64,000 bases of DNA, from the NCBI GenBank assembly GCA_004022145.1, contig RCNU01000014.1. One strand, given 5' to 3'. Source of the DNA: Paecilomyces variotii (taxonomy: Eukaryota). Below, one piece after another: positions 39,761 to 52,473 of this stretch (position 1 is the first letter of the stretch; every line of letters starts with the position of its first letter). The notes beneath the pieces are model-generated. The model was given only the letters and a program-made list of their open reading frames with translations, had not been told where the DNA came from and did no database searches. Position numbers and translations under genes: made by a program.

Positions 39761-39931
39761 TCGCGCTTCGGAAAAGCGACAAGTCTCGATCTTCTTCCCC
39801 CGGCTTGTTGTTCTTTTGCTGCGATTTACTTCTCTCAGATCCCACCTTCACCAACGCATCTTACTTTCTTCTCACCTATTCTTGTTCTTCTACCTACAGC
39901 TTCGCTGTTTTCTTAATTCACACCAGTCGCA

Positions 39932-40576
39932 ATGGTATGTTTTCTTCCCCGGAATCATGCGGCGAGCTTTTGAGCTCCCAGTTCCGAGCTCTCCCAGCTG
40001 CTGTCAGAAAATTTGGCTGAGGCTGTCGCATCAACTCTGCCTGGGACTGAGTGCTAATACGAATTCTGCTTTCTTCTCCAGGCCCTCCGCAACATCAAGA
40101 ACCTTGCTCCTCTCCTGGACCGTGTCCTCGTCCAGCGGATAAAGCCCGAGGCTAAGACTGCCTCTGGCATCATCTTGCCCGAGAGCAGCGTCAAGGAGAT
40201 CAACGAGGCTAGCGTCCTCGCTGTTGGCCCCGGTGCTGTCGACAGGAATGGCAACAAGATCCCCGTGAGCGTTGCTCCTGGTGACAAGGTTCTCATCCCT
40301 CAGGTGAGTACCCTACTACGCGCTGGATGTTTTGCTCTAAACCAGTCACTGCGAATTTATAATTGCGGTGACTCAATTGGATATTCAGAGACGTATACTA
40401 ACTGTTCTTTTTGCTATAGTTCGGTGGTAGCCCCGTTAAGGTCGGCGACGAGGAGTACCACCTCTTCCGGGACTCTGAGTATGTGACTTCCTATCATCCC
40501 ATATCCTTTATTATCCATTCCGTGCACCACGACTAACAATTCCGCTTCTAGGATCCTTGCCAAGATCAGAGAGTAA
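39932..40576 (+). CDS. HSP10: Mitochondrial co-chaperonin Hsp10 (GroES); 4 exons, first coding exon is the ATG only
   Basis: M/ALRNIKNLAPLLDRVLVQR...KTASGIILPE...VLAVGPG...GDKVLIPQ/FGGSPVKVGDEEYHLFRDSE/ILAKIRE stop. Confidence 0.95.
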
Positions 40577-42005
40577 ATGAGTTACGTTTTTTTCTGCACA
40601 CGCATCGCATTTTCTCTGTTCTCTACCGTATCGGCTGTCTCAATAGCCAATCGGTTCGAATGCATGTACCATACTATGTAATATCACGAGCGCCTCCGCC
40701 CTTCCCAGAAACCACGACTTAAAAAAACCCTATAACCCTCTGGAAGGTCTTTCGCGCGTCCAATCCCGCTTCGGGGTTCCGTGATCGCGATGACCTTTCC
40801 TCTCATATAATCTTATGTCCTCATGCATCTGTCATTCCATCGGAGCGTCGACGGGGTCCCCGATTTATGATTCGCCTTGGATGTATTATTCTTGAATGTG
40901 TGCTGTCGCCTTGGGCGTCTCGGCTGGTATAGAAATATCACAATCCAGGCATGAGAAATTCTCCTCTCTGCTTTCATCACACTTGTTCCGTACGATCTGC
41001 TATATCTATACTACCATTCGTACAAACCCTCTGTATTTGCCGGGCGTTGATCTGATCTTGATGAGCAGATCAGGATACATTGGAAAGCTCCAATAGATGA
41101 CGTCCAACCACCGTCGCCATGCCGTAAAAAGAATTTACCCCGTAAATCGCCTCCAGCTTCTAATCCCATAGGACCTGAGCCCATCTGAGAAACCGTACTA
41201 TAGACTACAACCCAGCACAGACCCGACCTCCTAATAGTTCCCGCCCGGATTCCGAACTACCGATACTTAGAATAGATAGTTGTTTCTCTGCTCAGGCTCC
41301 ATCCCGGAACTGTTATTTAACTATTACTAGGTAATAATAATACCCTGCTGATCTCATCTCATCCTCTTCTCTTAGAGGAATTAGTTAGTTTCTTTCTTAC
41401 TCAATATCGATTTCTGATCTGACAATGTACACTATGTGATTAGTTAAAGTGCTTAGATATTTGGATCTCCATAGGTCGTGAAGTGCTTGTCCGGACTCCG
41501 AACTCCTTATTCTAGTGGTAGATAGTGTAGGGCTTAAACTGCCTTAGTCTATGGCATGTGCTGTAGATCCCTGAGCGGTGATCTAGTAGGTTCTAGTTAT
41601 AGTACTCCGTATGTAATTATTAATTAAAACATGTCTTAGCTCAGGTAATTACCACTAGATACGTAGTTAATTCAATTATTCGATTCCAGCTACCCACCTC
41701 TCGCACGAGGGGTGCCAGTGCTCGTGCTATTACAGGGACTAGGCCTTGTGGCTACTACTGGAGCTTATGAACGCTTTAGAGAGAGGAGATAGTTAACTAC
41801 TAGTTAGTTTGCTGAGTTAGGTGAAGATCTTGGGTTTTATTTTGTTAGCTTTTCCCTTTTTTCTATTCTGGAATATACAATTCATTCTTGACGTTTCCAC
41901 CCAAAAGTTAACACCAAACTGGTATAGTTATATATGAAAATGGAAAAATGTACAATGTTTTAGAAGTGAAACGTTCAGACGGATATTGATCTAGAATACT
42001 CTAGC

Positions 42006-42878
42006 TTAGCCAGAGTAGTCGATCACAACAGAAAGTCGAACAGGGCCACTGGCGATGTTGCCACCAATACCGCCCAAATCAGCATTAGCCTGAGTATAAG
42101 CGTTCGTGACCTGAGCAGCGCCGGGGGTGATGATGGAGCAGGCGGTGTCGGGAGCCTGGCAGATCTTCATGCCCTGGATGGTCTGGCCTGCAGCCTGGGC
42201 CTGGATGGCAGAGACATCGTAACCGGACCAGCCGTTGTTTCCACTGTTTCCGAAGTCGAATTCACCCCAGGTGGCGCTGTAGCCTCCGTTGCTGTCTGTG
42301 GGGATAGTGCCACCAGGGGCAGCAGCGAAGCCACCGTCGGTGTTCTCGTCGAAGGCAACGTACTTGGTCTCGCCGGGGCTCAGGGTGAGCTTCAGGGCTG
42401 AGTTGCCATACCAGCCGTTCAAGCCACCGTTGGGACCGATCTTGTTCCAGAACACAATGTCCCAGTCCTCGGTATTCTGACCGGTAATTTGGGCGACGTA
42501 TTCGTATTGAGAGGCGTCGCTGGCAGACACCTCAATGATGTTGCTGCCCCAGGGGTTACCAACGTTGCCAACATAGTTGATACCGCTGCCGCTGGAGGCA
42601 GTCACGCCTCCGAAACCCTTGGTGGAGTAAGAACCGCTAGAGGGAGTGGACAGCCAGTCCGAAGAACCGGACGAAGAGGGAGATGAAGACGAAGACGAAG
42701 ACGAAGCCGAGGACGAAGCAGAAGCTGTAGCTGTAGCTGTCGCCGTGGAGGAGGGCGAGTACTGGCGTCTCTCAAGCTCTCCGGCTTGGAGATGAGCATG
42801 GCGGCGGGCATGGCCGTGCAGACGGGCCATATTGCCCGTAACGAGGGCTGCAAGCAGCAGGATGTTCTTGATTTGCAT
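42006..42878 (-). CDS. Secreted Asp f 4-like allergen family protein
   Basis: Signal peptide, ARLHGHARRH propeptide, Ser-rich linker, GNVGNPWGSNIIEV, WNKIGP.GGL.GWYG, TWGEFDFG, WSGYDVSAIQAQ. Confidence 0.85.
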   Translation of the reverse strand: MQIKNILLLAALVTGNMARLHGHARRHAHLQAGELERRQYSPSSTATATATASASSSASSSSSSSSPSSSGSSDWLSTPSSGSYSTKGFGGVTASSGSGINYVGNVGNPWGSNIIEVSASDASQYEYVAQITGQNTEDWDIVFWNKIGPNGGLNGWYGNSALKLTLSPGETKYVAFDENTDGGFAAAPGGTIPTDSNGGYSATWGEFDFGNSGNNGWSGYDVSAIQAQAAGQTIQGMKICQAPDTACSIITPGAAQVTNAYTQANADLGGIGGNIASGPVRLSVVIDYSG

Positions 42879-45711
42879 CTTGGAGAAAGAATGTAGTTGG
42901 TTGTCTGAGTTTGGTAGTTCAAGGACAGCGCCGAAAGGCTGAAAGGAGTGACGGAAGAAATGAAAGGAAAAGAATGACCAGGAATCCCCAAGCAGAAAGG
43001 AGCGTCTGATGAGTATTGTTTGAATGAATAAAGGTAGGAAGAGAGAGTTGATAGATGGAGGGCTAAAGGACAGAAATGACCTTCCCTATATACCCGTTAA
43101 GCGAAGCTGCTGCAGCGCGCTGTTTGCCTCTGAATTCATTGTGTGCCGCCCCTTGAAATAACCCATGGTTTCTGTGATTATGGACCGTTCGTCCCTTGGC
43201 TCGCGCGCAGAGGGATCGAGACTAGTGGAACTGGAGATACGTCAACCAGGCGCTTCTGAGGCTGCCAGATTGGCGCGTTCCTGAGCGCTGGTCCGTGAGT
43301 CCGGCGGTTGACTTTGAGAGAAAGAAAATGCTTGCTTGATACCATTGGATCTAGAGGACGTGGAGAAAGTTACAATGCTCTTGTGATCTGGTTCTAGAAC
43401 AGGAGAACGGATAATTGGCCGTTCACTGTTGCCATGCCTAGACGGACATCCATGGTTAGTTACTCCCGGATACATATCATTCGTGTACCATACTTCGGTA
43501 CCTCCAGAGCCTTTGACAGGAACCGGTTCGGGAGGTCCAGTGTATTGGGAAATTGTAACTCTGTTGTTCATGGCATTAGCTGATTGAATGGCACAAACGA
43601 ATGGTCTCTCCGGTCCAAGGGATTTCCTTTTGCCGCATACAGCCTCGAATCAGGCCTCGCATCGATTTATCTGCCACTTTCATCGTGTTTTTTTCTTAAC
43701 GTTTGCTCGCCACACCTTGTCTATCAATCACATGACATGGTTCACAAGGAGGCATCCTTTTCCCTCGAGAGCAGAGAGAATCATCTAGATAGAATCTATA
43801 GCATGCGTATGTAGTCGTAGGCTGTCAACTTTTAGCGTGAGGTCTGGCCAGGTCGATCTCATAGCTGACGACTGCTTTTCATTTGACAAGCCACTGGACG
43901 TTAGAATCGAGCGCCCAGTGGGTCAGAAAATCGAAGATTGATTGAAGAACATGCTGAAAATTCAACAGGCCGGTCAGAACAAGTAGGGAAAGTTGTCCCG
44001 CAGCTTTCCGACAATCATCGCAGTGTTTTACACTCTGGCACACTCCCCTCTGTGGAAACAATAGGCTAGCAAAAAAATCTCATTCAATTCTCAATGCAAA
44101 TTTTCTGTGCGCCAAAAGCTTGTATGTTGACAATAATGAGAAGGCGTTAAACTAGATCCCGTCCGGGTTCCTGGAAGTTGAAGGCCGTCGTGGGCGCCAA
44201 GACGCTACTTAAGCGAGGGCAGGAACAGGTAAAGGGCGAAGCAATCCATATTAATATTCCACTACTGGTTCGAAGTCTTAATGAATTACTATTATTCCTC
44301 GCATAAGTTATCCACAAACGGATGGTTGTTTCTCCCCGTTTCATTATTATTATTGCCCACGCGTCCACTCTCTGTGTATAGGACGCCATGTTGGTCATGA
44401 ATCATGATGTGGACACTCCAATTATATCCCACGTCTCTATAGCTCACCTCAACTAATAATAGAAGCAAGTATGTAAGCAGTTATCCTAACCAACTACTGC
44501 AGTTAACTGACATGGAGGTTCATATCCATAAGTATACGACACTCCTCGTCAGATCCACGAATAAACTCGTTGCTGTATCTGCCTTGTCTGCTCTCGTTTC
44601 ACTGGCATCATCTTATAATCTGCCATAATACCAGCTCCTCATATTAGATCATTTTGCATTTGGTTCTGGATTATCCCACAGAAAAGACAGACTGCCACCG
44701 TGACTAACTCTACGGCCAGTATCTATTTCCCTGGGTTTCTTCTTTATTTCATCTTTACTGGAGACTCTTCTCTCTATCCTCCCTACTCTAGAAATCTAAC
44801 TGACGTTGATCTAAGATCTTTACGGAGTACTTCATAGGGCAGAGCCAAGCGACCGGACAGCTTTAGCCGCCGACGATCCAACGCCGATCCGATCCCACAC
44901 AGAACGTCCACGGTCCAAGTCTCCAAGATCTCACAGACTTTCTGACAGTTCGTTTCAAGTCCGTAGATCTGTAGATCTGCAATTGATGCAATCTGCCAAT
45001 GCAGGGTCCTTCCAATGACCGCCTTTGAAACATCTCTGCAGAACACCAAGCTTGGTCTTGCTTATCGCAGCACACAATGAACGCCTCGAGCGCGATCTGA
45101 AACGATACACAACTAACCTAACGACCAGGTGAACGAATCAGAGCTGCTATCGCACGCATTTAACTATGCCAAGGTCACTTGTCTGGAGGTTTGTTCTATG
45201 ATCTGTGCGATTCCGGGATGGATCTCCAACCAACTGCCTTTTATCCCCCGTCATGGACCAGACGGGCGAGATCACGTTGCAACCGCCACTCAGTACTCCC
45301 GCGCAATCTAGGGGTCAACTCATGTGGGAAATGGAGATGCATAAGTGTCGTATTTAATCGGGGAGGTCGCCTTTTCCATCTTGATGGCTGGTCTTATCCT
45401 CTTCCCCGCGCGTGCTCTCGTTCTCTCCGCCATTATATTGCATCTATTGTCTTGCCTTGTGCTAGAAGCAGAGGCTTTTCGATTCCCTTTCCCTCTGCAG
45501 TCTGCTATATGTCACGAGATTGCTTCTTCTTCTCCCAGTGGTACTCTCCGTTCTTAGACCTCACTACATCCGACCGTTTCCAATCTATTACTTACTGTGA
45601 GATATCTAAATCAAGTCATTACTATTCCACAAAGCATCTCTACAGGACCCGTTCCTTTTTCCTTGCAGATCATGCACTACCAATCTACATATTAGAAATC
45701 ATCTCGTCAAA

Positions 45712-47084
45712 ATGCATTTCAATTCGGTAATTTCAGCAGTGCTAGCAGCCGCATCTATCATCCTACCGCTCGTGGGCGCCCACACCGTGATGACTACGAT
45801 CTTCGTAGACGGCATCAACCAAGGCGATGGCGTCTGCATACGCATGAACAATGATGCCAAAACGGCCAATTTCTACATCAACCCCATCACCAGTCCTGAT
45901 ATTGCGTGCGGTATTCTATAAAATCACCCTTCATCACCTCCGACTTTCAACCGTATATTCCACACTTGACTAATTCGAGAATACCGCAGGTATCCAAGGC
46001 GAAATCGGCTGTTCTCGCGTCTGCCCTACCAAAGCCTCATCCACCCTGACCTTCTCATTCCGCGAAGAGCCATCGAATCCGAACTCCCCACCCCTAGACC
46101 CCAGCCACAAGGGCCCCGCAGCCGTATACATGAAGAAAGTCGCCTCCGCAACAGCCAGCAACAACGCCGCCGGCGATGGCTGGTTTAAGATCTGGGAGTC
46201 CGTATATGACGAAAGCGTACGAAAATGGGGCACGGAGAAAATGATCGATAACGATGGTCATATATCAGTTATTATTCCGTCGGATATCGAAGGTGGGTAT
46301 TATCTGGTGCGGACGGAGCTTTTGGCTTTGCATGCGGCGAGTCAGGGAGATCCGCAGTTCTATGTTGGGTGTGCGCAATTGTTTGTTGTGTCGAATGGGA
46401 CTGCTAGGCCTTCGACGGTGAGGATTGGAGAGGGGACTTATGATTTGAGTATGAAGGGTTTGACGTATAATATTTATGAGACGCCTTTGGCGCTGCCGTA
46501 TCCGATGTATGGACCTGCGGTTTATGAGGCTGGAGATGATGAGGGTTCGGGGATGGATGCGTCTAGTCCTGGTGTCGTTTCGACTCCAACTGCTACTGCG
46601 CTCGCCTCGAGCGTCGTCGCAACTGGCGTTCCTGGGGACGAAAGGCGCGACGTCCTGGTCCAGACAGAAGGCCTCAAGCCTAAAAACTGTGTCTTCGTCA
46701 ATGGTAACTGGTGCGGTTTGGAAGTCCCTGATTACAATGACCAGAATAGCTGTTGGGAGGTACGTCCTTGGGACACCACAACCCGGTTCCATTTCTATCT
46801 ACTTGCCCCTTGGGTAAACTGACATCACCCAACCACAGGCCTCCGATAACTGCTGGCGCCAAAACGATGACTGCTGGAACAAAACCCAACCTACGGGCTT
46901 CAATAACTGTCAGATTTGGTCGGATCAGAAATGTAAAGTCATTCAGGGGCAATGCAAGGAGGATAACCCCACGGGTCCGCCGAATAAGGGGTTTGATTTC
47001 ACGCCGAAATGGCCTTCGCTGAAGGGCTCGATGAAAGTATTTACGACGAGACGGCAATGGAGAATGGGGAAGTGGGTTGATTAG
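45712..47084 (+). CDS. AA9 (GH61) lytic polysaccharide monooxygenase with a Cys-rich C-terminal module; 3 exons
   Basis: Signal peptide followed by His1 (VGA|HTVM), SHKGP, GDGWFKIWE, YLVRTELLALH, PQFYVGCAQL; Ser/Thr linker; Cys/Trp-rich tail CVFVNGNWCG...CW...CW...C...C. Confidence 0.9.
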
Positions 47085-47088
47085 GCTA

Positions 47089-47109
47089 TAAAAAAAAGAC
47101 AAAAAAAAA
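47089..47109 (-). terminator. Pol III oligo-T terminator of the 5S gene
   Basis: Two A-runs on the + strand (T-runs on -) just 3' of the 5S coding end. Confidence 0.8.
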
Positions 47110-47116
47110 GATGAAT

Positions 47117-47235
47117 ACATACAACAGCAGGGATTCGCTGGTGGTCACCCACCCAACTACTAACCTGCCGGCGTGTGGCTTAAGTACGGCTGAGCGGACG
47201 GGAAGCCCTGTTTTCCACACCCTATGGTCGTATGT
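47117..47235 (-). rRNA. Dispersed 5S rRNA gene
   Basis: Minus strand reads ACATACGACCATAGGGTGTGGAAAACAGGGCTTCCCGTCCGCTCAGCCGTACTTAAGCCACACGCCGG...GAATCCCTGCTGTTGTATGT (119 nt, paired ends); downstream T-runs; upstream TATA-like TTATAATTATA. Confidence 0.97.
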
Positions 47236-47560
47236 GCTTGATTGGAACTGGACTATAATTATAAGCTCGAAACAAGTGGCTTGTTACTACTCCAGCAGGC
47301 AATAGCCAAAGGACACGATAGAACAAGCAGTCCCTCCTACACGAGTGTCTGGTGATGCGATGGTTATGATATAAATGGATGTATGATGTTACGATGATTA
47401 CGGAAACCATGTGGTTCATGGTTCATGATTTGGAAAAGGGATTGGCTCTGTCCATGGTGCGTGTAAAGAGAAAGCCTTTTAGGTATGAATGATCTGGAAT
47501 GAAGTTGTGAGCCTTGACTAGTTACTTCATGAATTCCATGTGGCAGACACCTGAACCAGG

Positions 47561-50471
47561 TCAAAAGTTAAGACACCATTCCTCAAGATGCCATTCTCTT
47601 TCGATTGCATGCTCAATCGCTTCGATTGCCCTCCTTCCAATTATCGTATCAAATAATTTCCTCCGTACATCAGGGTCCATTTCAATGAAAGTTGATAGCC
47701 CTCGAGACCTACAACGGTCTCCATTGACAGAACCAGGAAGGTCTGCACTTTCTGATGACTCCCGCCACTCTATAAAGTCTAGTACCGCTAACGCTGCAAA
47801 AGGATTCAAACCTGCTCGACGCAGGAATAGTTCCCAGGGCGTCTCTTCATGAATCGACTCGAAGCTCGGCTGGTATTTCGGTCGATTTATTGGAGTGGGT
47901 CCTATGTTTGTTTCGTTCAAATTCTTAAAAGAGTATGCGTGCTTGTTCGCGAGCGTGATTATCCATTCTAGGATAGCGTTCTGGACCGAAGGGACCACCA
48001 AGGGAATAATAGATGAGTAGTTTGACAGAGATGCGCAAAATGTCATCAAAGATTGCACTGAAAACAGGGTCTTTGGGTCCATTGTTAGTGTTGGTGATGT
48101 CGTGTTTAAACCCACAGTATTACTAGGGGCGTGACAGATAAGGACATATATATAGTCGTATCGGAGGGAGAGTCTTGCTATCCTTTCCCGAAGCGGAGAG
48201 TCGAAGGGCGGAAATCCATCAACGCTGGTGTGATGTTTGTGCCCAGGTAGATACAATTGAGTAGTCGCTTGTGGCGTCGTGAGGATGATACCTGTTGTTG
48301 GAGAGATGATGATATCTGCCTCCGGGAGAACCGTTGATGAATTTCTGTTAGGCGCATATGACTTCGAAGGCCCAGGGGCTTCGTAATCTCGGAACATTAA
48401 GGTTGGAGCAGGTGTAGAAGTTTCGAGAGACGTCACTATATGACGATGCGTCTTCAGTAGAGAAGTAGCTAACAAGAAAGTGAGGGAACGTGTAATTAGT
48501 GCTGTCGGTGGTGTATTAGGAAGAGTAATATTTAATTTGCCATGCGGCTTGTGGGATGTGCAATCTTCTTGAGGCTCTCTGGTCAGGTCAGAGCCAACCA
48601 GTGGGTTATTGGGCAAAGACGCAGCCGGAAAATAAGGACTCTGCTCTGTCTTTTGTCTCTTTGGGGTCACACCTCTGATTTTCATGAAACTGGAGAGAGA
48701 TCCAAGGGCGGAAAACGCAGACAGAGATCCAACCACTTTAGGTCGGCCAGAATGGTCAGTTTTCTGTTCAGTACGTTTGCAAGGCTCCTGCGGCCCGACT
48801 TTCATAATTTTCTTTTTGCTCTTGGCTGGGATAGTACATTTCCTAAGAAATTTGCTGGGGCTTTCCTTGACATGGTCCTGGGCACAACTGATACGAGGAA
48901 TTTTGTCAACGACTCCTCCCGCGATAAATTTTCTTGCAGTTATCGTTTCCATCGATGATAATTCTGTAACAGGATCCACGCAGTCATCAGTTGGGATATC
49001 ATTATCCGTAATTATATTGTCAGATTGAAGACTGTCGCAGAATGATACACTCTCGCTGTCTGGCTCGGGCACACCTGGAAACACTGAACCCTCTGGCTCA
49101 TGCAAGTTGGATTGGGCTATGTTTTCATTAACAAGTGATGTTGGTGGTGTATCAACATCTGCTGGGTCACTGGTTCCATTCATCTCTTGTTCAGGGAGAG
49201 GAGGAAAAGGATTCGATGAGGGAATCTTGCTCGCGCTATCTTCATCTAGAAACCGTTTCGTTGATGCTTCAAATGACTCAACCACATGAACCGAGAATCT
49301 GTCGAAATAATCATCTAACATCTCACCGGCCGTATTTGGTTCGCTTAGGGGATCGTCCAAGTGCGGATCCTGAATATAATGCTGCGCTGGAGGAGAAGAG
49401 TAGTCTGCTTCTTCATAGGTATGTTCCTCTGTCAGCGATGTGCGGGAAGAAAGCGGCCCAGAAGGGGTTTCTCGCATGCAGTTCGCATTGCCGTTCTCTC
49501 TGCCGTTGATATCAGTCAAGTGGTCATTGTATGCGTCAGGACTTTGTACAGCATGTTTCTGAATTTCTGTCGCCAGGACTTCGTTCTCTGGGTTCAATTC
49601 TTCAGTGGTGCCATGTTCTTCTATGTGCGACTCTTTGCCGGCATCCCCAATATTTGCTGTTGTCTTCGGACTCTGGAGTGATGGAACACTCGATACCAGT
49701 TGCGACGTTATGCATGGACCATAGTCAGTCCTCACAGGAATGATAATCGGCGATAGATCCCGCAAAGATCTTCCCTAACAACGAGAACCAAGTATGTTAA
49801 CAAGTCTATATCCAAAGGCATGAAACATAAGCACATCCCACCTTGAATCCAAGTCCCTTTTCGACGGTTTCAATAATATACTCGTTATCAAGTCTCTTCA
49901 CTCGTGTTGCCTTCTGCAGTAACTCCAAATCCTCTCTTGAACAATCCAGTCTTTCCGTAGAAACCTCCTTCCAGATCCTATCTGATAGATCAAAGTATTG
50001 TTTTGGAAAGACTAATCCTTCATCATGTTCGTCTTCCACCTCTTCACGGGGTAGCTGGAGTTGGACTGGGTCTAGAGCTATGCGTTCAGCTCGCACTGGT
50101 GAGGTACTCAAGTCGAAATTTCTCTTGACTAATGGAAGGTCTAGCTTCAGATTCCTAATACGGTGACGGTCTGGTAGGAAGGAGTTCCAATCAATGTCGA
50201 TGGACTTTCTCGAGGCCGCTTGGATAACAGAAGAGAGGAATCGAGCCGCGTCCTTGGGGATCTCCAGTTTTTCGCTCCGGAGTTCTTGTTCTAAAGTGTA
50301 ATGGAACTTCGAGAGGTCGATGATTGGAACGCCTGGTGGATCTGCGAGAGTATCATTGATGGATTCATGAGGCTGCGGGACCTGGTCAAGAGGATTGATG
50401 GATTGATGGTCGATGGCGATACCATGGAAACGAGCGTAATCCAGAAGAGCTGGCCCTCGGTAGTCGGCCAT
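47561..50471 (-). CDS. ~950-aa protein with C-terminal XPF/ERCC4-like and HhH/SAM-like region; probable Zip2/SHOC1 orthologue; 2 exons
   Basis: Long ORFs joined by a GT-AG intron (~49775-49841); disordered middle; C-terminal RDY...PEADIIISPTTGII...RIARLSLRYDYIYVLI and EETPWELFLRRAGLNPFAALAVL. Confidence 0.6.
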
Positions 50472-50924
50472 TTTAAGAGACTTCAATTGAGCAAATCATG
50501 GGCTTTAGAGCTGCATTAGTACGAACGATTGCGAGGAGAGATGCAGATGGAGGGAATAAAGTCCTCACGTGCTCTGCTGTGACATCGAGTTGACTATCGT
50601 TGGGGAACATCGTTATCTACGTTTTGAAACTTGAACAGAGTAAATCGGACTAAGCCATACTAAGCCATACTTATTAAATGGACTTAATGCTTTTCTAAAC
50701 ACCCAGCCTCACTGTATTTACTGTAGGCAAAGCGTACGACTCAGATCTCGTTATTCCTGACATCATGAAGATATATGGCCCAATATCGCTCTCAAATGAA
50801 TATTTCAACTGAATTCATATTGAGAAAAATTACGTCGATAATGTGAACTTATGAAAGCGCTAAATCGTGACCTCATACCCAAACTCCAAGAGGGCCAGCC
50901 TCTTAATAACCTCACAATCTTACA

Positions 50925-52279
50925 TTAGTCATTATAGTTGGACTGCCGTGCTCCGTTCTTGTCCACTGGGGGTATGTTGTACAGCGCAGCGAACTCCTCT
51001 TCCTGTGACTTCCCCTCAGGGTCGAGGTACGGCCGCTCAGCCTGAACAGCCACACGCACCGCATGACGACGGTGAGGAGCGAATCCGTAGGAAGCGGTAT
51101 GAATCTGGATATGTCAGAAAAGCTCGAATCGGTATATAGATGTGCCAAACTTACAGTTGAGCGGTTGTCCCAGAATGCTACATCGTTCTTACCCCACTGG
51201 AAGCGCACGTGGATCTCCTGGGTAGTCGCTATGACTTCAGTGAGGTATCTGATGATAGCATCGCTCTCAGTCTTCGGGACACCAACGATCTTAGTTACGA
51301 AACCAGGGTTGAAGAAGAGTGCATTCCATCCGGTGACTGGATGGGTACGGATAAGAGGGTGTTCGGTCGTGACTGGATCACGACGAACCGTCCGGCCAAG
51401 AGCGCGTGTGTCGTTTGCCTGCATGTCTGCCGAGTGTAGGGCAGTCAGACCCTTCAGGTAAGTCTGCATGTGAGAAGAAAGAGCATCATAAGCGGCGTAT
51501 TGAGAAGCCCAGAGAGTATCACCGCCACCTCCTCGGGGAGGTCCCGTAAGAAGCTTCAGTGAAGTATAAGAAGGAGGCTGGACCTCATATGTAACCTATG
51601 ATGGATTAGCACACATGTACTGCTGATAATACATGTAAACATAAACATACATCCGTGTGCCACAAGAAGCTGGGCGTAAACAATGCGCGCTGATCGACAG
51701 AGTTGTCGCCAGTATAGACGACGTGAACATCTTCGAGCCCTTTTTTGCGAGGAACAGCAGTAGTAGCATGCTACATAAAGGATCAGTAATCTGGTAACAG
51801 TTAAAGAAAAAATAGGTCCAAGATACCTTGTGCAAACTCCCAAAGTAACGACCAAGTTCACGCTGTGCGTCAATGTCCAAGTCATCTTGGCCACGGAAAA
51901 AGACCACACCACGGTGTGAGATCAGCCGGGCCAAATCATTCTTCTGGGCGTCTGTCAATCTCGCAAGATTCACCCCGTGGACCTCAGTTCCCAGCTTGGG
52001 AGTATAGTCGAAGATATCAGTTGCGGAACTGAGAAGGTTGCTGAAACTGGGGTCTCCCAAAAGACCCTTGTCTGTGTAGGGAATTTCACCCAAAGGCTCC
52101 CAGTGGAGGTCAGGAAAGGAAGGGAGAAGGTCTTCATGGGCATAGTTATCATGCTTCTCGACTGGCGTGCGTCCCGGTGTGTACTGTAGCTTATTTCCAT
52201 TCACACCTGCTTTCTTCGTGATAATGGGGTGGTCGACTCCAGAAGAGGCAACGACGGGTTCCTCGAGCGACGGCGCCAT
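50925..52279 (-). CDS. TauD/TfdA-family Fe(II)/2-oxoglutarate dioxygenase (sulfonate/taurine dioxygenase-like); 4 exons
   Basis: TPKLGTEVHGV, RGVVFFRGQ, WHTD/VTYE (HxD), GGDTLWAS, EHPLIRTHPVTG, WDNRST.H. Confidence 0.92.
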
Positions 52280-52473
52280 TGTGATCTTAAGCAATACTCA
52301 ATTGCTGCAGTAGTACCTGTGCCTGACAGATATTGATGCCAATGGTAACAATAGGGTTTTTGTTATTGCACAAGAAACACAGATACCGACGGTGCCAACG
52401 CTTCTTATATCGCGACTACAAAGATTGATAGCCCCCGAAAGTACTGTACAATGCCAGGAGAACCGAGAAGCGG

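Noticed and set aside
35976..40740. Telomere-like words CTAACCCT (~35976) and ACCCTATAACCCT (~40727)
   Set aside because: Single short imperfect matches, expected by chance.
41200..41900. TpA/TAG-rich intergenic stretch as a RIP relic
   Set aside because: Only mildly AT-rich, with no repeat partner or transposon motif visible.
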